Shown here: positions 44,602 to 54,274 of the stretch, one piece after another
Layout of the letters: each line of letters starts with the position of its first letter
Position numbering within the stretch: position 1 is the first letter of the stretch
Assembly (NCBI GenBank): GCA_947085345.1
Contig: CAMTWC010000016.1
Location: forward strand, 5,657-69,656
Reading direction: 5' to 3'
DNA: 64,000 nucleotides
Source: an uncultured Gammaproteobacteria bacterium
GTDB taxonomy: Bacteria > Pseudomonadota > Gammaproteobacteria > Burkholderiales > Thiobacillaceae
Notes under the pieces: model-generated
The model's input: only the letters and a program-made list of their open reading frames with translations
Database searches by the model: none
Told to the model about the DNA's origin: nothing
Made by a program: the position numbers and the translations under genes

Positions 44602-45633
44602 CTAGCCCAGCGACACCCCCATCCAGGCGCCAATGAAATACGTCGCCAGCCCCGCCACCCCGCCGATGCCGAGCATGCGTAGGCCGCAGAGCATGGCGTG
44701 GCGGCCGGTGAACAGGCTCATGCTGGCGCCGACGGCGAACAGGCCCAGCGCTGTGAGCGCAATCGAGGCGGCGAGCGCTTCGCCGTGGCCGAACAGGAAC
44801 GGCGCCAGCGGCAGGGCTGCGCCGGCGGTGAAGGCGGCGAACGACGAGCTTGCCGCCACCCAGGGCGAACCGAGTTCGTCGGGGTTGAGCCCGAGCTCCT
44901 CGCGCGCCAGCGTGTCCAATGCGCGCTCCGGGTCCTGCATCAGGGTGTCGGCCACGCGCCGCGCCTCGTCCGCCGGCATGCCCTTGGCGGCGTAGATCAG
45001 CGCCAGTTCGGCGGCCTCTTCTTCCGGGTAGGTTTCCAGTTCGTCGCGTTCAAGGCCGATCTGGTATTGGAACATTTCGCGCTGCGCGCGCACTGACACG
45101 TATTCGCCCGCTGCCATCGAGAATGCGCCCGCCAGCAGGCCGGCCACGCCAGTCAGCACGATGACCGACGGCTCCTGCGCCGCGCCGGCGACGCCGTAGA
45201 TCAGCGCGGCATTCGATACCAGGCCGTCGTTGACGCCGAACACGCCGGCACGCAGGGCATTGCCGGCGGCGCCGTTCCGGTGGTGCTTGCCGATGTCGTC
45301 GCGTTTGAGCGGCATGGGATGCGGCGGTGCATGCGAATAGAGCACCATGCCGCGCACCTTCATTGCCGCCAGCACGCCGCGCATGGCGTGCGGCTTGAAG
45401 GTGCGGGTGAGGCGGGCAACCACGCGGGTGCGCAGGTCGGGCCGGAATGCAGCCGGTGCTTCGCCGCCGTTTTCCACGATGGCATTCAGCCAGATGTCGG
45501 CCTGCTTGTCGGCGGCCTGCGCCAGCTCGTCAAACAGCGCCGCGCGCGGGGTGCCGCGTTCGCAGTCGGCCACCACGCGATAGAGCCAGGCCGAGCGCTT
45601 TTCCTCCTGCCAGGATTCGTATGGGTCGCTCAT
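44602..45633 (-). CDS. VIT1/CCC1 family transporter with N-terminal ferritin/rubrerythrin-like domain
   Basis: LRAGVFGVNDGLVSN, AGAFSMAAGEYVSV, REELGL; N-terminal EEKRSAWLY helix; start set at ATG 45633. Confidence 0.88.
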   Translation of the reverse strand: MSDPYESWQEEKRSAWLYRVVADCERGTPRAALFDELAQAADKQADIWLNAIVENGGEAPAAFRPDLRTRVVARLTRTFKPHAMRGVLAAMKVRGMVLYSHAPPHPMPLKRDDIGKHHRNGAAGNALRAGVFGVNDGLVSNAALIYGVAGAAQEPSVIVLTGVAGLLAGAFSMAAGEYVSVRAQREMFQYQIGLERDELETYPEEEAAELALIYAAKGMPADEARRVADTLMQDPERALDTLAREELGLNPDELGSPWVAASSSFAAFTAGAALPLAPFLFGHGEALAASIALTALGLFAVGASMSLFTGRHAMLCGLRMLGIGGVAGLATYFIGAWMGVSLG

Positions 45634-45651
45634 TTTGTAAAAAATGCTTGA

Positions 45652-45771
45652 ACCACAGAGGCACAGAGGCACAGAGAAGAGACACGTTGAATGCGATGCG
45701 CTACGTGACCACCCAATCCAGAGTAAGCAGCGAATCGAAGGGGTTTCTCTGTGCCTCTGTGTCTCTGTGGT
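45652..45771. repeat. 120-bp non-autonomous inverted-repeat element (REP/MITE-like)
   Basis: 27-bp arms ACCACAGAGGCACAGAGGCACAGAGAA (45652) and TTCTCTGTGCCTCTGTGTCTCTGTGGT (45745), one mismatch, 66-nt spacer; each arm has three CACAGAG units. Confidence 0.85.
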
Positions 45772-45784
45772 GAGAGTTCGTTAT

Positions 45785-47275
45785 TCATGCGGCTCCCCGG
45801 CGGTATTGAATGGCCTCGGCAAGATGCGCGGAAGTAATGGCGTCGCTGCCGGCCAGATCGGCCACGCTGCGCGCCAGCTTGAGCACGCGGTGGTAGGCGC
45901 GCGCCGACAGGTTCAAGCGGACAATCGCCTGCTTCAGCAGGGCTTCGCTGGCCGCATCCAGCGTGCAGTGCCGGTCGATTTCCTGCGTGCCGAGCGCGGC
46001 GTTGGGTTTGCCCTGGCGCTGCATCTGGCGCTCGCGTGCAGCCTGCGCCCGTTCGCGGATGGTGGTACTGGGTTCGCCCGCGCCGGCCTGCATCAGTTCG
46101 TCCTGCGTCAGCGCCGGCACGCTGATCTGGATGTCGATGCGGTCGAGCAGCGGCCCGGAAATGCGCCCGCGGTAGCGAGCGATCTGGTCCGGCGTGTCGC
46201 GGCATGCCTGGGTAGGGTGACCGAGGGAACCGCAGGGGCAGGGGTTCATTGCGGCGACGAGCTGGAAACACGCCGGGAAATCCGCCTGCCGCGCCGCGCG
46301 CGAAATCGTGATGCGGCCGGTTTCCAGCGGTTCGCGCAGCACTTCCAGCACCTGCCGTGAAAACTCCGGCAGCTCGTCGAGAAACAGCACGCCGTGATGC
46401 GCCAGCGAAATCTCGCCCGGGCGCGGATTGCTGCCGCCGCCCACCAGCGCCACCGCGGAGGCGGTGTGGTGCGGCGCGCGGAAGGGGCGGCGGCGCCAGT
46501 GCTCGAAGCGGAAACCGCCGTTGAGCGAGGCGACGGCGGCGGCTTCCAGCGCCTCGGCCTCGTCCATCGCCGGCAGGATGCCGGGAATGCGCGCGGCGAG
46601 CATCGACTTGCCGGTGCCGGGCGGACCCGCCATCAGCACCGAGTGGCCGCCCGCGGCGGCGACCTCGAGCGCACGCTTGGTGGCGGCCTGGCCCTTGACG
46701 TCGGTGAAGTCGGGATAGTCCGGCACCGCAGCCGTCGGGTCCGATACGGGTTCGAGGAGCGTGCCCTGGCCAGCCAGCCATGCGCACACCTCCAGCAGGC
46801 TGGCCGCGCCGAGCGTGTCGACGCCGCTGGCCAGTGCGGCTTCGCCGGCCGACACTGCGGGCAGCACCAGCAGCCGGCCGGCGCTGCGGGTGGCCAGCGC
46901 CATCGCCAGCGCGCCGCGCACCGGCCGCAACTCTCCGGTCAACGCCAGTTCGCCGGCGAATTCGGTTTGCTTGAACTTGTCGGCGGGAATCTGGCCGGAG
47001 GCAGCAAGAATCGCCAGCGCGATCGGCAGATCGAAGCGCCCGGATTCCTTGGGCAGATCGGCCGGGGCGAGGTTCACCGTGATGCGGCGCGCCGGGAATT
47101 CGAAGCGCGCGTTCTGGATCGCCGCGCGTACGCGGTCGCGTGCTTCCTTCACCTCGGTTTCCGGCAGGCCCACCAAAGTAAACGCCGGCAAGCCGTTGGC
47201 CAGATGCGCCTCGACCACCACCTCGGGTGCGTCCATGCCGTTCAATGCACGGCTCTTGACGACGGCGACGGCCAC
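45785..47275 (-). CDS. comM: ComM/YifB Mg-chelatase-like AAA+ ATPase
   Basis: RITVNLAPADLPKESGRFDLPIA, GPPGTGKSMLA, RPGEISLAHHGVLFLDELPEF, MNPCPCG, LSARAYHR. Confidence 0.95.
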   Translation of the reverse strand: MAVAVVKSRALNGMDAPEVVVEAHLANGLPAFTLVGLPETEVKEARDRVRAAIQNARFEFPARRITVNLAPADLPKESGRFDLPIALAILAASGQIPADKFKQTEFAGELALTGELRPVRGALAMALATRSAGRLLVLPAVSAGEAALASGVDTLGAASLLEVCAWLAGQGTLLEPVSDPTAAVPDYPDFTDVKGQAATKRALEVAAAGGHSVLMAGPPGTGKSMLAARIPGILPAMDEAEALEAAAVASLNGGFRFEHWRRRPFRAPHHTASAVALVGGGSNPRPGEISLAHHGVLFLDELPEFSRQVLEVLREPLETGRITISRAARQADFPACFQLVAAMNPCPCGSLGHPTQACRDTPDQIARYRGRISGPLLDRIDIQISVPALTQDELMQAGAGEPSTTIRERAQAARERQMQRQGKPNAALGTQEIDRHCTLDAASEALLKQAIVRLNLSARAYHRVLKLARSVADLAGSDAITSAHLAEAIQYRRGAA

Positions 47276-47539
47276 TTAGCCTTCTTCGCGCTGCTGCTTT
47301 TCCAACTCGGCCAGGCGCGCTTCCAGTTGCGCCAGCTTCTCGCGCGTGCGCGCCAGCACGTCGGTCTGCACGTCGAATTCCTCGCGGCTCACCATGTCGA
47401 GCTTGCCGAGCATCGAGGTCACGCCGGCCTTGAGGTTCTGTTCGATGTCTTTCGCGGGCGACTGCTTCAGCACCTCGCCCAGCTTGTTGGCCAGATCGTT
47501 GATGAAAGCGGGATTGGGGAATTTTGGATTCGGGTTCAT
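47276..47539 (-). CDS. ubiK: Ubiquinone biosynthesis accessory factor
   Basis: KLDMVSREEFDVQTDVLARTREKLAQLEARLAELE; conserved position between comM and glnK. Confidence 0.9.
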   Translation of the reverse strand: MNPNPKFPNPAFINDLANKLGEVLKQSPAKDIEQNLKAGVTSMLGKLDMVSREEFDVQTDVLARTREKLAQLEARLAELEKQQREEG

Positions 47540-47609
47540 GGCGACCTCCAGTCAAGCTGGGAGTGTAGCAAGCCCTGCGTGCGTGGCGTAACGGGCAGCA
47601 TGCTACGGC

Positions 47610-47734
47610 GGCACAAATAGTGTGCATGACGTTTTTATGGCGCACCATGAAAGTGCGGTCTATGCTGGGTTTTGCGGTGTGCAAAATCTAACTATATGTT
47701 TTTTATGAAAATAAAATCTGGCACAGCTTATGCT
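47610..47734 (+). promoter_or_regulatory. sigma54 promoter with tandem NtrC-like sites
   Basis: TGGCACAGCTTATGCT (GG 47720-21, N10, GC 47732-33); GGCACAAATAGTGTGCA (47610) and CGCACCATGAAAGTGCG (47641) resemble TGCACC-N5-GGTGCA, 31 bp apart; AT-rich spacer between. Confidence 0.82.
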
Positions 47735-47779
47735 CAGCATGGGGTGCAATTTTGCGCGCCTTCATTTTGGGAGAAGTTC

Positions 47780-48532
47780 ATGAAAAAACTAGTACACGCT
47801 TTGGTTTTGACCGGTTTGGTGGGCGCGCCCACTTTTGCGCTGGCGGCTGAACCCGCTTCGCCCCATACCCTGACGGGCAACATTACGCTGACCTCGGATT
47901 ACATTTTCCGGGGGGTGTCACAGACCCAGAATGGCCCGGCTATCCAGGGTGGGTTCGACTATGCGCATTCCAGTGGTTTCTACGCAGGTACCTGGGCCTC
48001 CAACGTTGATTGGGTTTCCCAGGGGTACAAAACAAACAACAGCATGGAGATCGATCTCTATGGCGGCTACAAGGGATCGGTGGGTGATGTTGGTTATGAC
48101 GTTGGCGCCATTACCTACTATTACCCCGGCGACAGAATCCCTGGCACCGCAAGCCCCGATACCACTGAAATCTATCTGGGCGCGAGCTGGAAATTTCTAA
48201 GCCTGAAGTATAGCCATGTCGTTTCGAAAAATTTCATCGGCTGGGTGGGGGCGGGTGGCTCGGATACCCGCAACAGTAACTACCTCGAACTGAATGCCAG
48301 CTACGACCTCGGCAGCGGCTGGGGGGTGATGGGTCATGTGGGTCACCAGAAGGTCAAAAACCTGAGCGGCGCCGACTATACGGACTGGAAAATCGGCGTG
48401 AGCAAGGATATCGGTTTCGGCGTCGTTTCTCTGGCCTACTCCGACACGGATGCCAATACCGGTTTGTACACCCTGGGTGGCGAGACAATTGCGGACGGTC
48501 GCGCTTTCCTGTCCTTTTCCAAGTCCTTCTAA
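47780..48532 (+). CDS. TorF-family putative outer-membrane beta-barrel (NlmA-like, first gene of the glnK-amtB operon)
   Basis: Signal peptide, LTSDYIFRGVSQT, IQGGFDY, EIDLYGGY, terminal SKSF. Confidence 0.85.
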   Translation: MKKLVHALVLTGLVGAPTFALAAEPASPHTLTGNITLTSDYIFRGVSQTQNGPAIQGGFDYAHSSGFYAGTWASNVDWVSQGYKTNNSMEIDLYGGYKGSVGDVGYDVGAITYYYPGDRIPGTASPDTTEIYLGASWKFLSLKYSHVVSKNFIGWVGAGGSDTRNSNYLELNASYDLGSGWGVMGHVGHQKVKNLSGADYTDWKIGVSKDIGFGVVSLAYSDTDANTGLYTLGGETIADGRAFLSFSKSF

Positions 48533-48952
<420 letters not shown>

Positions 48953-48962
48953 GGAGATGGAC

Positions 48963-50378
48963 ATGAAAAAACTATTTGCTTCGTTGGGCCTGATGTTTGC
49001 CCTGTTGTCTCCCGGCCTGACGCTGGCGCAGGATGCTGCTGCCCCGGTGGAAGAAACCGCAGTGGTCGAAACGGTTGAAGCCGTCGCAGCGGAAGCGCCT
49101 GTCGCTGAAGTGGCTCCGGCCGGGGAAGCCGCCGCGCCCGTGCCAGACAAGGGCGACACGACCTGGATGATGGTTTCCACCCTGCTGGTGATCCTGATGA
49201 TCATTCCGGGTGTGGCGCTGTTCTATGGCGGCCTGGTGCGTGCCAAGAACATGCTGTCGGTGCTGACCCAGGTGATGGCGATCTTCTGTCTGATCGCGAT
49301 CCTGTGGGCGGTGTACGGCTACTCGCTGGCCTTCGGCGATGGCGGCAGCATGAACTGGGCGATCGGCGATCTCTCGAAGATGTTCCTCGCCGGCATCACG
49401 CCCGACAGCACCGCGGCGACCTTCAGCGACGGCGTGGTGATTCCCGAATTCACCTTCGTCGCCTTCCAGCTGACCTTTGCCGCCATCACCGTGGCGCTGA
49501 TCGTCGGCGGCCTGGCCGAGCGGGTGAAGTTCTCCGCGCTCCTGGTGTTCGCGGTGCTGTGGTTCACCTTCTCCTACCTGCCGATCGCGCACATGGTGTG
49601 GGCAACGGGCGGCTACCTGTTCGAAGCGGGCGACCTCGACTTCGCGGGCGGCACCGTGGTGCACATCAACGCCGGTATCGCCGCGCTGGTCGGTGCCATC
49701 GTGCTGGGCAAGCGCATCGGCTACGGCCGTGATGCGATGCCGCCGCACAGCCTGCCGATGACCATGATCGGCGCCTCGCTGCTGTGGGTGGGCTGGTTCG
49801 GCTTCAACGCCGGCTCCAACCTGGAAGCCACCGGCGGCGCTGCGCTCGCCTTCATCAACACCATCCTCGCCACCGCTGCGGCGGGCCTCGCCTGGATGTT
49901 CGCCGAGTGGATGCTGCGCGGCAAGCCCTCCATGCTGGGCGTGGCGTCGGGCGTGGTGGCCGGTCTGGTCGCGATCACCCCGGCGGCCGGCCTGGTCGGC
50001 CCGATGGGCGGCATCGTCCTCGGCGCGGTCGCCGGCGTGGTCTGCCTGTGGGGCGTCACCGGCCTGAAAAAGATGCTGGGCTACGACGACTCGCTCGACG
50101 TCTTCGGTATCCATGGCATCGGCGGCATCATCGGCGCCATCGGCACTGGCATCTTCGTGTCGCCGGCGCTGGGCGGCGTGGGCGTCGATGGCTACTCGAT
50201 GGCCGGCCAGGTGGTGACGCAGGCGACCGGCGTGCTGATCACCATCGTGTGGTCGGGTGTGGTGAGCCTGGTGGCGTTCAAGCTGATCGACATGACCATG
50301 GGTCTGCGCGTCAGCGAAGAGCAGGAACGCGAAGGCCTTGACACCGCCAGCCACGGCGAGCGGGCCTACAACGCGTAA
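48963..50378 (+). CDS. amtB: Ammonium transporter
   Basis: PGVALFYGGLVRAKN, FQLTFA, DFAGGTVVHINAG, LWVGWFGFNAGS, DDSLDVFGIHG. Confidence 0.97.
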   Translation: MKKLFASLGLMFALLSPGLTLAQDAAAPVEETAVVETVEAVAAEAPVAEVAPAGEAAAPVPDKGDTTWMMVSTLLVILMIIPGVALFYGGLVRAKNMLSVLTQVMAIFCLIAILWAVYGYSLAFGDGGSMNWAIGDLSKMFLAGITPDSTAATFSDGVVIPEFTFVAFQLTFAAITVALIVGGLAERVKFSALLVFAVLWFTFSYLPIAHMVWATGGYLFEAGDLDFAGGTVVHINAGIAALVGAIVLGKRIGYGRDAMPPHSLPMTMIGASLLWVGWFGFNAGSNLEATGGAALAFINTILATAAAGLAWMFAEWMLRGKPSMLGVASGVVAGLVAITPAAGLVGPMGGIVLGAVAGVVCLWGVTGLKKMLGYDDSLDVFGIHGIGGIIGAIGTGIFVSPALGGVGVDGYSMAGQVVTQATGVLITIVWSGVVSLVAFKLIDMTMGLRVSEEQEREGLDTASHGERAYNA

Positions 50379-50405
50379 GTCATCTCCCTTTCTCCGAAGG
50401 ATCTT

Positions 50406-50432
50406 GGGGCGCTCTGCAGGGCGCCCCTTTTT
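50406..50432 (+). terminator. Intrinsic terminator after amtB
   Basis: GGGGCGC-TCTGCAGG-GCGCCCC followed by TTTTT. Confidence 0.8.
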
Positions 50433-50472
50433 ATTGGGCGCTGTTCGCGCATGCCGTGCGTCAGGATCGTGC

Positions 50473-50622
50473 AGAACCGTTTTGGTGCACGACGGATCAC
50501 GCTTGCACCAATGCGGATCGGATTGCGGCACGGCGTGCCGCGGATCGGTCCGGGCACACCCAGAAACCCTCTTCCAATACATATGCTTGCGCGATTTGAC
50601 AGACTCTGGCACAGCCGTTGCT
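50473..50622 (+). promoter_or_regulatory. sigma54 promoter with tandem NtrC-like sites for the guanidine operon
   Basis: Consensus TGGCAC-AGCCG-TTGCT at 50607-50622; AGAACCGTTTTGGTGCA (50473) and TGCACCAATGCGGATCG (50504), each with one perfect half-site, 31 bp apart. Confidence 0.85.
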
Positions 50623-50676
50623 TTTGGTAGAACAACGGGAAAAGCGGCGCATTGTCGACCGCAAGAACCGCAAATG

Positions 50677-50773
50677 TGCAGCTAGGGTTCCGGTCTCGTT
50701 CGAGATGTCTGGTCCGAGAGCTGCCGGCACCGCCGAAGGCGGGGCTCCACGGAGGGACAAAAGCCCGGGAGAG
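50677..50773 (+). ncRNA. Guanidine-I (ykkC-yxkD) riboswitch
   Basis: P1 GCAGCT/AGCTGC, CTAGGGTTCCG, TCTGGTCCGAGAG, CACGGAGGGACAAAAGCCCGGGAG are hallmark segments; upstream of guanidine transport and catabolism genes. Confidence 0.95.
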
Positions 50774-50831
50774 TGCGATCGCGCGACGCTTTCTCCGGAA
50801 TTGACCTTGACCTTCCAACCAGGAGCCTTAC

Positions 50832-51818
50832 ATGAATATCGCGCGCCTTACCCGTACTCTCATCGTCAGTATCGGTTTTGCCCTGCTGACGCAACCCATG
50901 ACGGCGCAAGCCGAAGTCAAGATCGGCGTGTCCGACTGGCCGGGCTGGGTGGCCTGGTACGTCGCCGAGCAGAAGGGCTTCTTCAAGAAGCACGGCGCCG
51001 ACGTCAAGCTGGTCTGGTTCGCCAACTACACCGATTCGATCAGCGCCCTGTCGGCCGGCCAGGTCGACGGCAATTCGCAGACCTGGGGCGACACCATGGC
51101 GCCGCTGGCCAAGGGCGTGGCGCTGAAGACCATCCTGGTCAACGACAACTCGGCCGGCAACGACGCGCTGATGGTGGGTCCGAAGATCAAGTCGTTCAAG
51201 GACCTGAAGGGCAAGAAAGTCGCGCTGGAGGAATACAGCGTGTCGCACTTCCTGCTCACCATGGCGTTGAACAAGAATGGCATGACGCTGAAGGACGTGC
51301 AGGTGGTGAACCTCTCCGCCGGCGATGCCGCCGCCGCCTTCATGGCCGGCCGCGTGGATGCCGCCGTGGTGTGGAACCCGTGGGTGAACACCATCCAGGC
51401 CAGCGGCAAGGGCAAGCCGCTCTTCACCTCGGCCGACGTGCCGGGCATGGTGCCCGACCTGCTGGTGGTGCAGGAAAAATCGCTCAAGGCCAAGCGCAAG
51501 GACTTCATCGGCATGGTCAAGGCCTGGTACGACGTCGAAGCCTTCCTGCGCAGCAACCCGGATGAAGCGACGAAGATCATGGCCAAGGTCGTCGGTATGG
51601 ATGCGAAGGAATACAAGGTCTTCCTGCCGGGAACCAAGTTCTTCGACCAGCAGGCCAACCTCAGGGCTTTCGGCCCGGCGACCGATCCCACTTCGCTGCT
51701 GGGCGTGGCGCCGACCATTTCCAGGTTCCTGCTCGACAACAAGCTGATGGAAGGCAAGGTCGACTTCGCCAAAGGGATCGATGCCTCGCTGGTGAAGGAA
51801 GTGGCCGGCGTCAAGTAA
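50832..51818 (+). CDS. ABC transporter substrate-binding protein (SsuA/THI5-like), predicted guanidine
   Basis: Signal peptide, IGVSDWPGW, DNSAGNDAL, DAAVVWNPW; first gene under the guanidine-I riboswitch. Confidence 0.88.
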   Translation: MNIARLTRTLIVSIGFALLTQPMTAQAEVKIGVSDWPGWVAWYVAEQKGFFKKHGADVKLVWFANYTDSISALSAGQVDGNSQTWGDTMAPLAKGVALKTILVNDNSAGNDALMVGPKIKSFKDLKGKKVALEEYSVSHFLLTMALNKNGMTLKDVQVVNLSAGDAAAAFMAGRVDAAVVWNPWVNTIQASGKGKPLFTSADVPGMVPDLLVVQEKSLKAKRKDFIGMVKAWYDVEAFLRSNPDEATKIMAKVVGMDAKEYKVFLPGTKFFDQQANLRAFGPATDPTSLLGVAPTISRFLLDNKLMEGKVDFAKGIDASLVKEVAGVK

Positions 51819-51840
51819 TAAGTAATAGGGAGACGTGACA

Positions 51841-52662
51841 ATGCCATCCAGATCCGGCACCCGGCCGCGCCGCCCCGGCATGTGGTCCATCCGTGGACCG
51901 TTTGCCAGGAATCAGTACTGGCTATTCGCCGCGCTCGGGCTGCTGGTGCCGCTGGGCCTGTGGTGGTTCGTGTCGAGTGGGGCGGCAGTGGACAAGGTGT
52001 TCCTGCCCGGCCCGGCCGACGTGTTCAACCGGCTGGTCACCTGGTACACGGAAGACGATCTGATGTCCGACATGGGCATCAGCATCTACCGCGTCACCGT
52101 CGGCTTCCTCGTCTCGGCCACCCTCGCGCTGCCGCTGGCGCTGATGATCGGCACCTTCCGTCCGGTGCAGGCGATGCTGGAACCGCTCACCGACTTCATC
52201 CGCTACATGCCGGCGGTGGCTTTCATTCCGCTGGTGATGCTGTGGGTGGGGATCGAGGAGTCGTCCAAGATCGCCATCATCTTCATCGGCACCTTTTTCC
52301 AGATGGTGCTGATGATGGCCGAGGATGTGCGCCGCGTGCCGCTGGCGCAGATCGAGGCGGCGCAGACCATGGGGGCACAGAAGGGCGAGACCATCAAGCT
52401 GGTGATCTTCCAGGCCGCCAGGCCGGCGCTGCTCGACACCCTGCGCGTCACCATGGGCTGGGCCTGGACCTATCTGGTGGTGGCCGAGCTGGTCGCCGCC
52501 AATTCCGGCCTCGGCTACTCGATTCTGAAGGCGCAGCGCTTTTTGCAGACCGACAAGATTTTCGTCGGCATCATCCTGATCGGGCTCATCGGCCTGGTCA
52601 TGGATCAGCTGTTCCGCCTCGCGCACCGCAAGGCCTTCCCCTGGCTGTATCTAAAATCATGA
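51841..52662 (+). CDS. ABC transporter permease
   Basis: FLPGPADV, EPLTDFIRYMPAVAFIPL, EAAQTMGA, WAWTYLVVAELVAA; start uncertain (51835, 51841 or 51880). Confidence 0.92.
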   Translation: MPSRSGTRPRRPGMWSIRGPFARNQYWLFAALGLLVPLGLWWFVSSGAAVDKVFLPGPADVFNRLVTWYTEDDLMSDMGISIYRVTVGFLVSATLALPLALMIGTFRPVQAMLEPLTDFIRYMPAVAFIPLVMLWVGIEESSKIAIIFIGTFFQMVLMMAEDVRRVPLAQIEAAQTMGAQKGETIKLVIFQAARPALLDTLRVTMGWAWTYLVVAELVAANSGLGYSILKAQRFLQTDKIFVGIILIGLIGLVMDQLFRLAHRKAFPWLYLKS

Positions 52663-53498
52663 CCATGCCGAAAATTTCCACCCAGCATGTCGGCAAGGTG
52701 TTCGGCGAAGGCCGCCACCAGGTCGAAGCGCTGAAGGACGTCAGCCTCGACATCGCCGACAACGAATTCGTCACCTTCGTCGGCGCCTCCGGCTGCGGCA
52801 AGTCGACGCTCCTGCGCATCATCGGCGGGCTTGAATACCACACGGCGGGCGAAGTCCTGGTCGACAACCAGGCCATCCTGGGCCCGGGTGCCGACCGTGC
52901 CATGGTGTTCCAGCACTACAGTCTCTATCCCTGGCTCAAGGTGATGGAGAACATCAAGTTCAGCCGCCGCCTGAAGCATGGCCGCGAGAACATCAACGAG
53001 GCCGACGTCGAGGCCGCCTCTGGGCGCGCCGATGCGTTGCTCGCCCTGATGGGCCTCACCGCCGCGGCGGAGGCCTGGCCCAACCAGCTCTCCGGCGGCA
53101 TGCAGCAGCGTGTCGCCATTGCCCGCGCGCTGATGGGGCGGCCGGAGATCCTGCTGATGGACGAGCCCTTTGGCGCACTCGACGCACAGACGCGCGAGGT
53201 GATGCACGACCTCATCCTGCACGTGCACCGGCTGGAAAAGCCCACGCTCGCCTTCGTCACCCATGACGTCGAGGAGGCGATCTACCTGGCCGATCGCGTC
53301 GTGCTGATGGCGCCGCGCCCCGGCCGCATCGACACCATCTACCAGGTGCCGCTGCCCGCCGAGCGCGAGCAGGACATGAAGCACAGCCCGGAATTCCTGC
53401 GCCTGAAAAAGGAAATCCTTGCCCGCATCCGCGAGACCTCGGGCATGAAGACCGATCAGGGCATGCTGGATCAGTTGAATCTCACGACCGCGGCTTGA
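52659..53498 (+). CDS. ABC transporter ATP-binding protein
   Basis: GASGCGKSTLL, LSGGMQQRVAIARAL, LLMDEPFGALD, FVTHDVEEA; ATGA overlap with the permease. Confidence 0.95.
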   Translation: MTMPKISTQHVGKVFGEGRHQVEALKDVSLDIADNEFVTFVGASGCGKSTLLRIIGGLEYHTAGEVLVDNQAILGPGADRAMVFQHYSLYPWLKVMENIKFSRRLKHGRENINEADVEAASGRADALLALMGLTAAAEAWPNQLSGGMQQRVAIARALMGRPEILLMDEPFGALDAQTREVMHDLILHVHRLEKPTLAFVTHDVEEAIYLADRVVLMAPRPGRIDTIYQVPLPAEREQDMKHSPEFLRLKKEILARIRETSGMKTDQGMLDQLNLTTAA

Positions 53499-53528
53499 AC
53501 CGGCACTCATTCATCGACTGGACATCAC

Positions 53529-54266
53529 ATGGCACAAACGCTTAATCCCTTGCCACCCGACTTGTTTCTCTGGGAAGAGCTGCTTCCAGGCGGCTGTCAC
53601 TGGTCGGGCATCCTGCGCCGCGGCAACGCGCTCCGGCTCGCCGATCTGACCGGCCGCGCCAACGTCTCGGCGCTGTTCTATAACGCCGAGGAAAAACTCG
53701 AGCGCTACAACATGGCCGACACGCTCAAGGCGCAGCACACCGCGCACCTCACGACGGGCCATGTCTGCTATTCCGACATGGGGCACGTGCTGTGCTCGGT
53801 GGTCAACGATAGCTGCGGCTGGCACGACACGATGTGCGGCACCAGCAACGCCGGGACGGTCAGGGCGAAGTACGGCGAAGCGACCTATCAGACCCACCGC
53901 AACGCCATGCACCGCAACGGGCGCGACGGCCTGCTGATCGAACTCGGCAAGTGGGGACTGGGCAAGCGCGACGTGGTGCCGAACGTGAATTTCTTCAGCA
54001 AGGTGGTGGCCGACGAGGCCGGCCGGCTGCATTTCGACGAAGCGAATTCGCGTCCCGGCGCCTACGTCGACCTGCGTTTCGAAATGAACGTGCTGGTCGT
54101 GCTCTCCGCCGCGCCGCACCCGCTCGATCCGCGCCCCGACTATGCGCCGGGCGACGTCATGCTGACCGCGTGGAAGGCCGGCACGCCGGGTGCGGACGAC
54201 ACCTGCCGCAACGCCTGCGCGGAAAACCAGCGCGGCTTCTATCAAACCGAAATCCTGTACCGCTGA
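53529..54266 (+). CDS. cgdA: Carboxyguanidine deiminase subunit (urea carboxylase-associated protein, DUF1989)
   Basis: [40 protein letters not shown]; first of two DUF1989 paralogs before the carboxylase. Confidence 0.82.
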   Translation: MAQTLNPLPPDLFLWEELLPGGCHWSGILRRGNALRLADLTGRANVSALFYNAEEKLERYNMADTLKAQHTAHLTTGHVCYSDMGHVLCSVVNDSCGWHDTMCGTSNAGTVRAKYGEATYQTHRNAMHRNGRDGLLIELGKWGLGKRDVVPNVNFFSKVVADEAGRLHFDEANSRPGAYVDLRFEMNVLVVLSAAPHPLDPRPDYAPGDVMLTAWKAGTPGADDTCRNACAENQRGFYQTEILYR

Positions 54267-54274
54267 GGCCAGAC

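Noticed and set aside
23805-45784. Integrative element or prophage interpretation of the stress block
   Set aside because: No integrase, transposase, tRNA target or matching terminal direct repeats were seen; the 'phage holin' label of YqjE is a family name, not phage evidence
50514-50552. Hairpin CGGATCG...GCGGCAC-GGC-GTGCCGC...CGGTCCG as an RNA element
   Set aside because: It lies upstream of the predicted sigma54 start site and after the amtB terminator, so it is probably not transcribed; no family match
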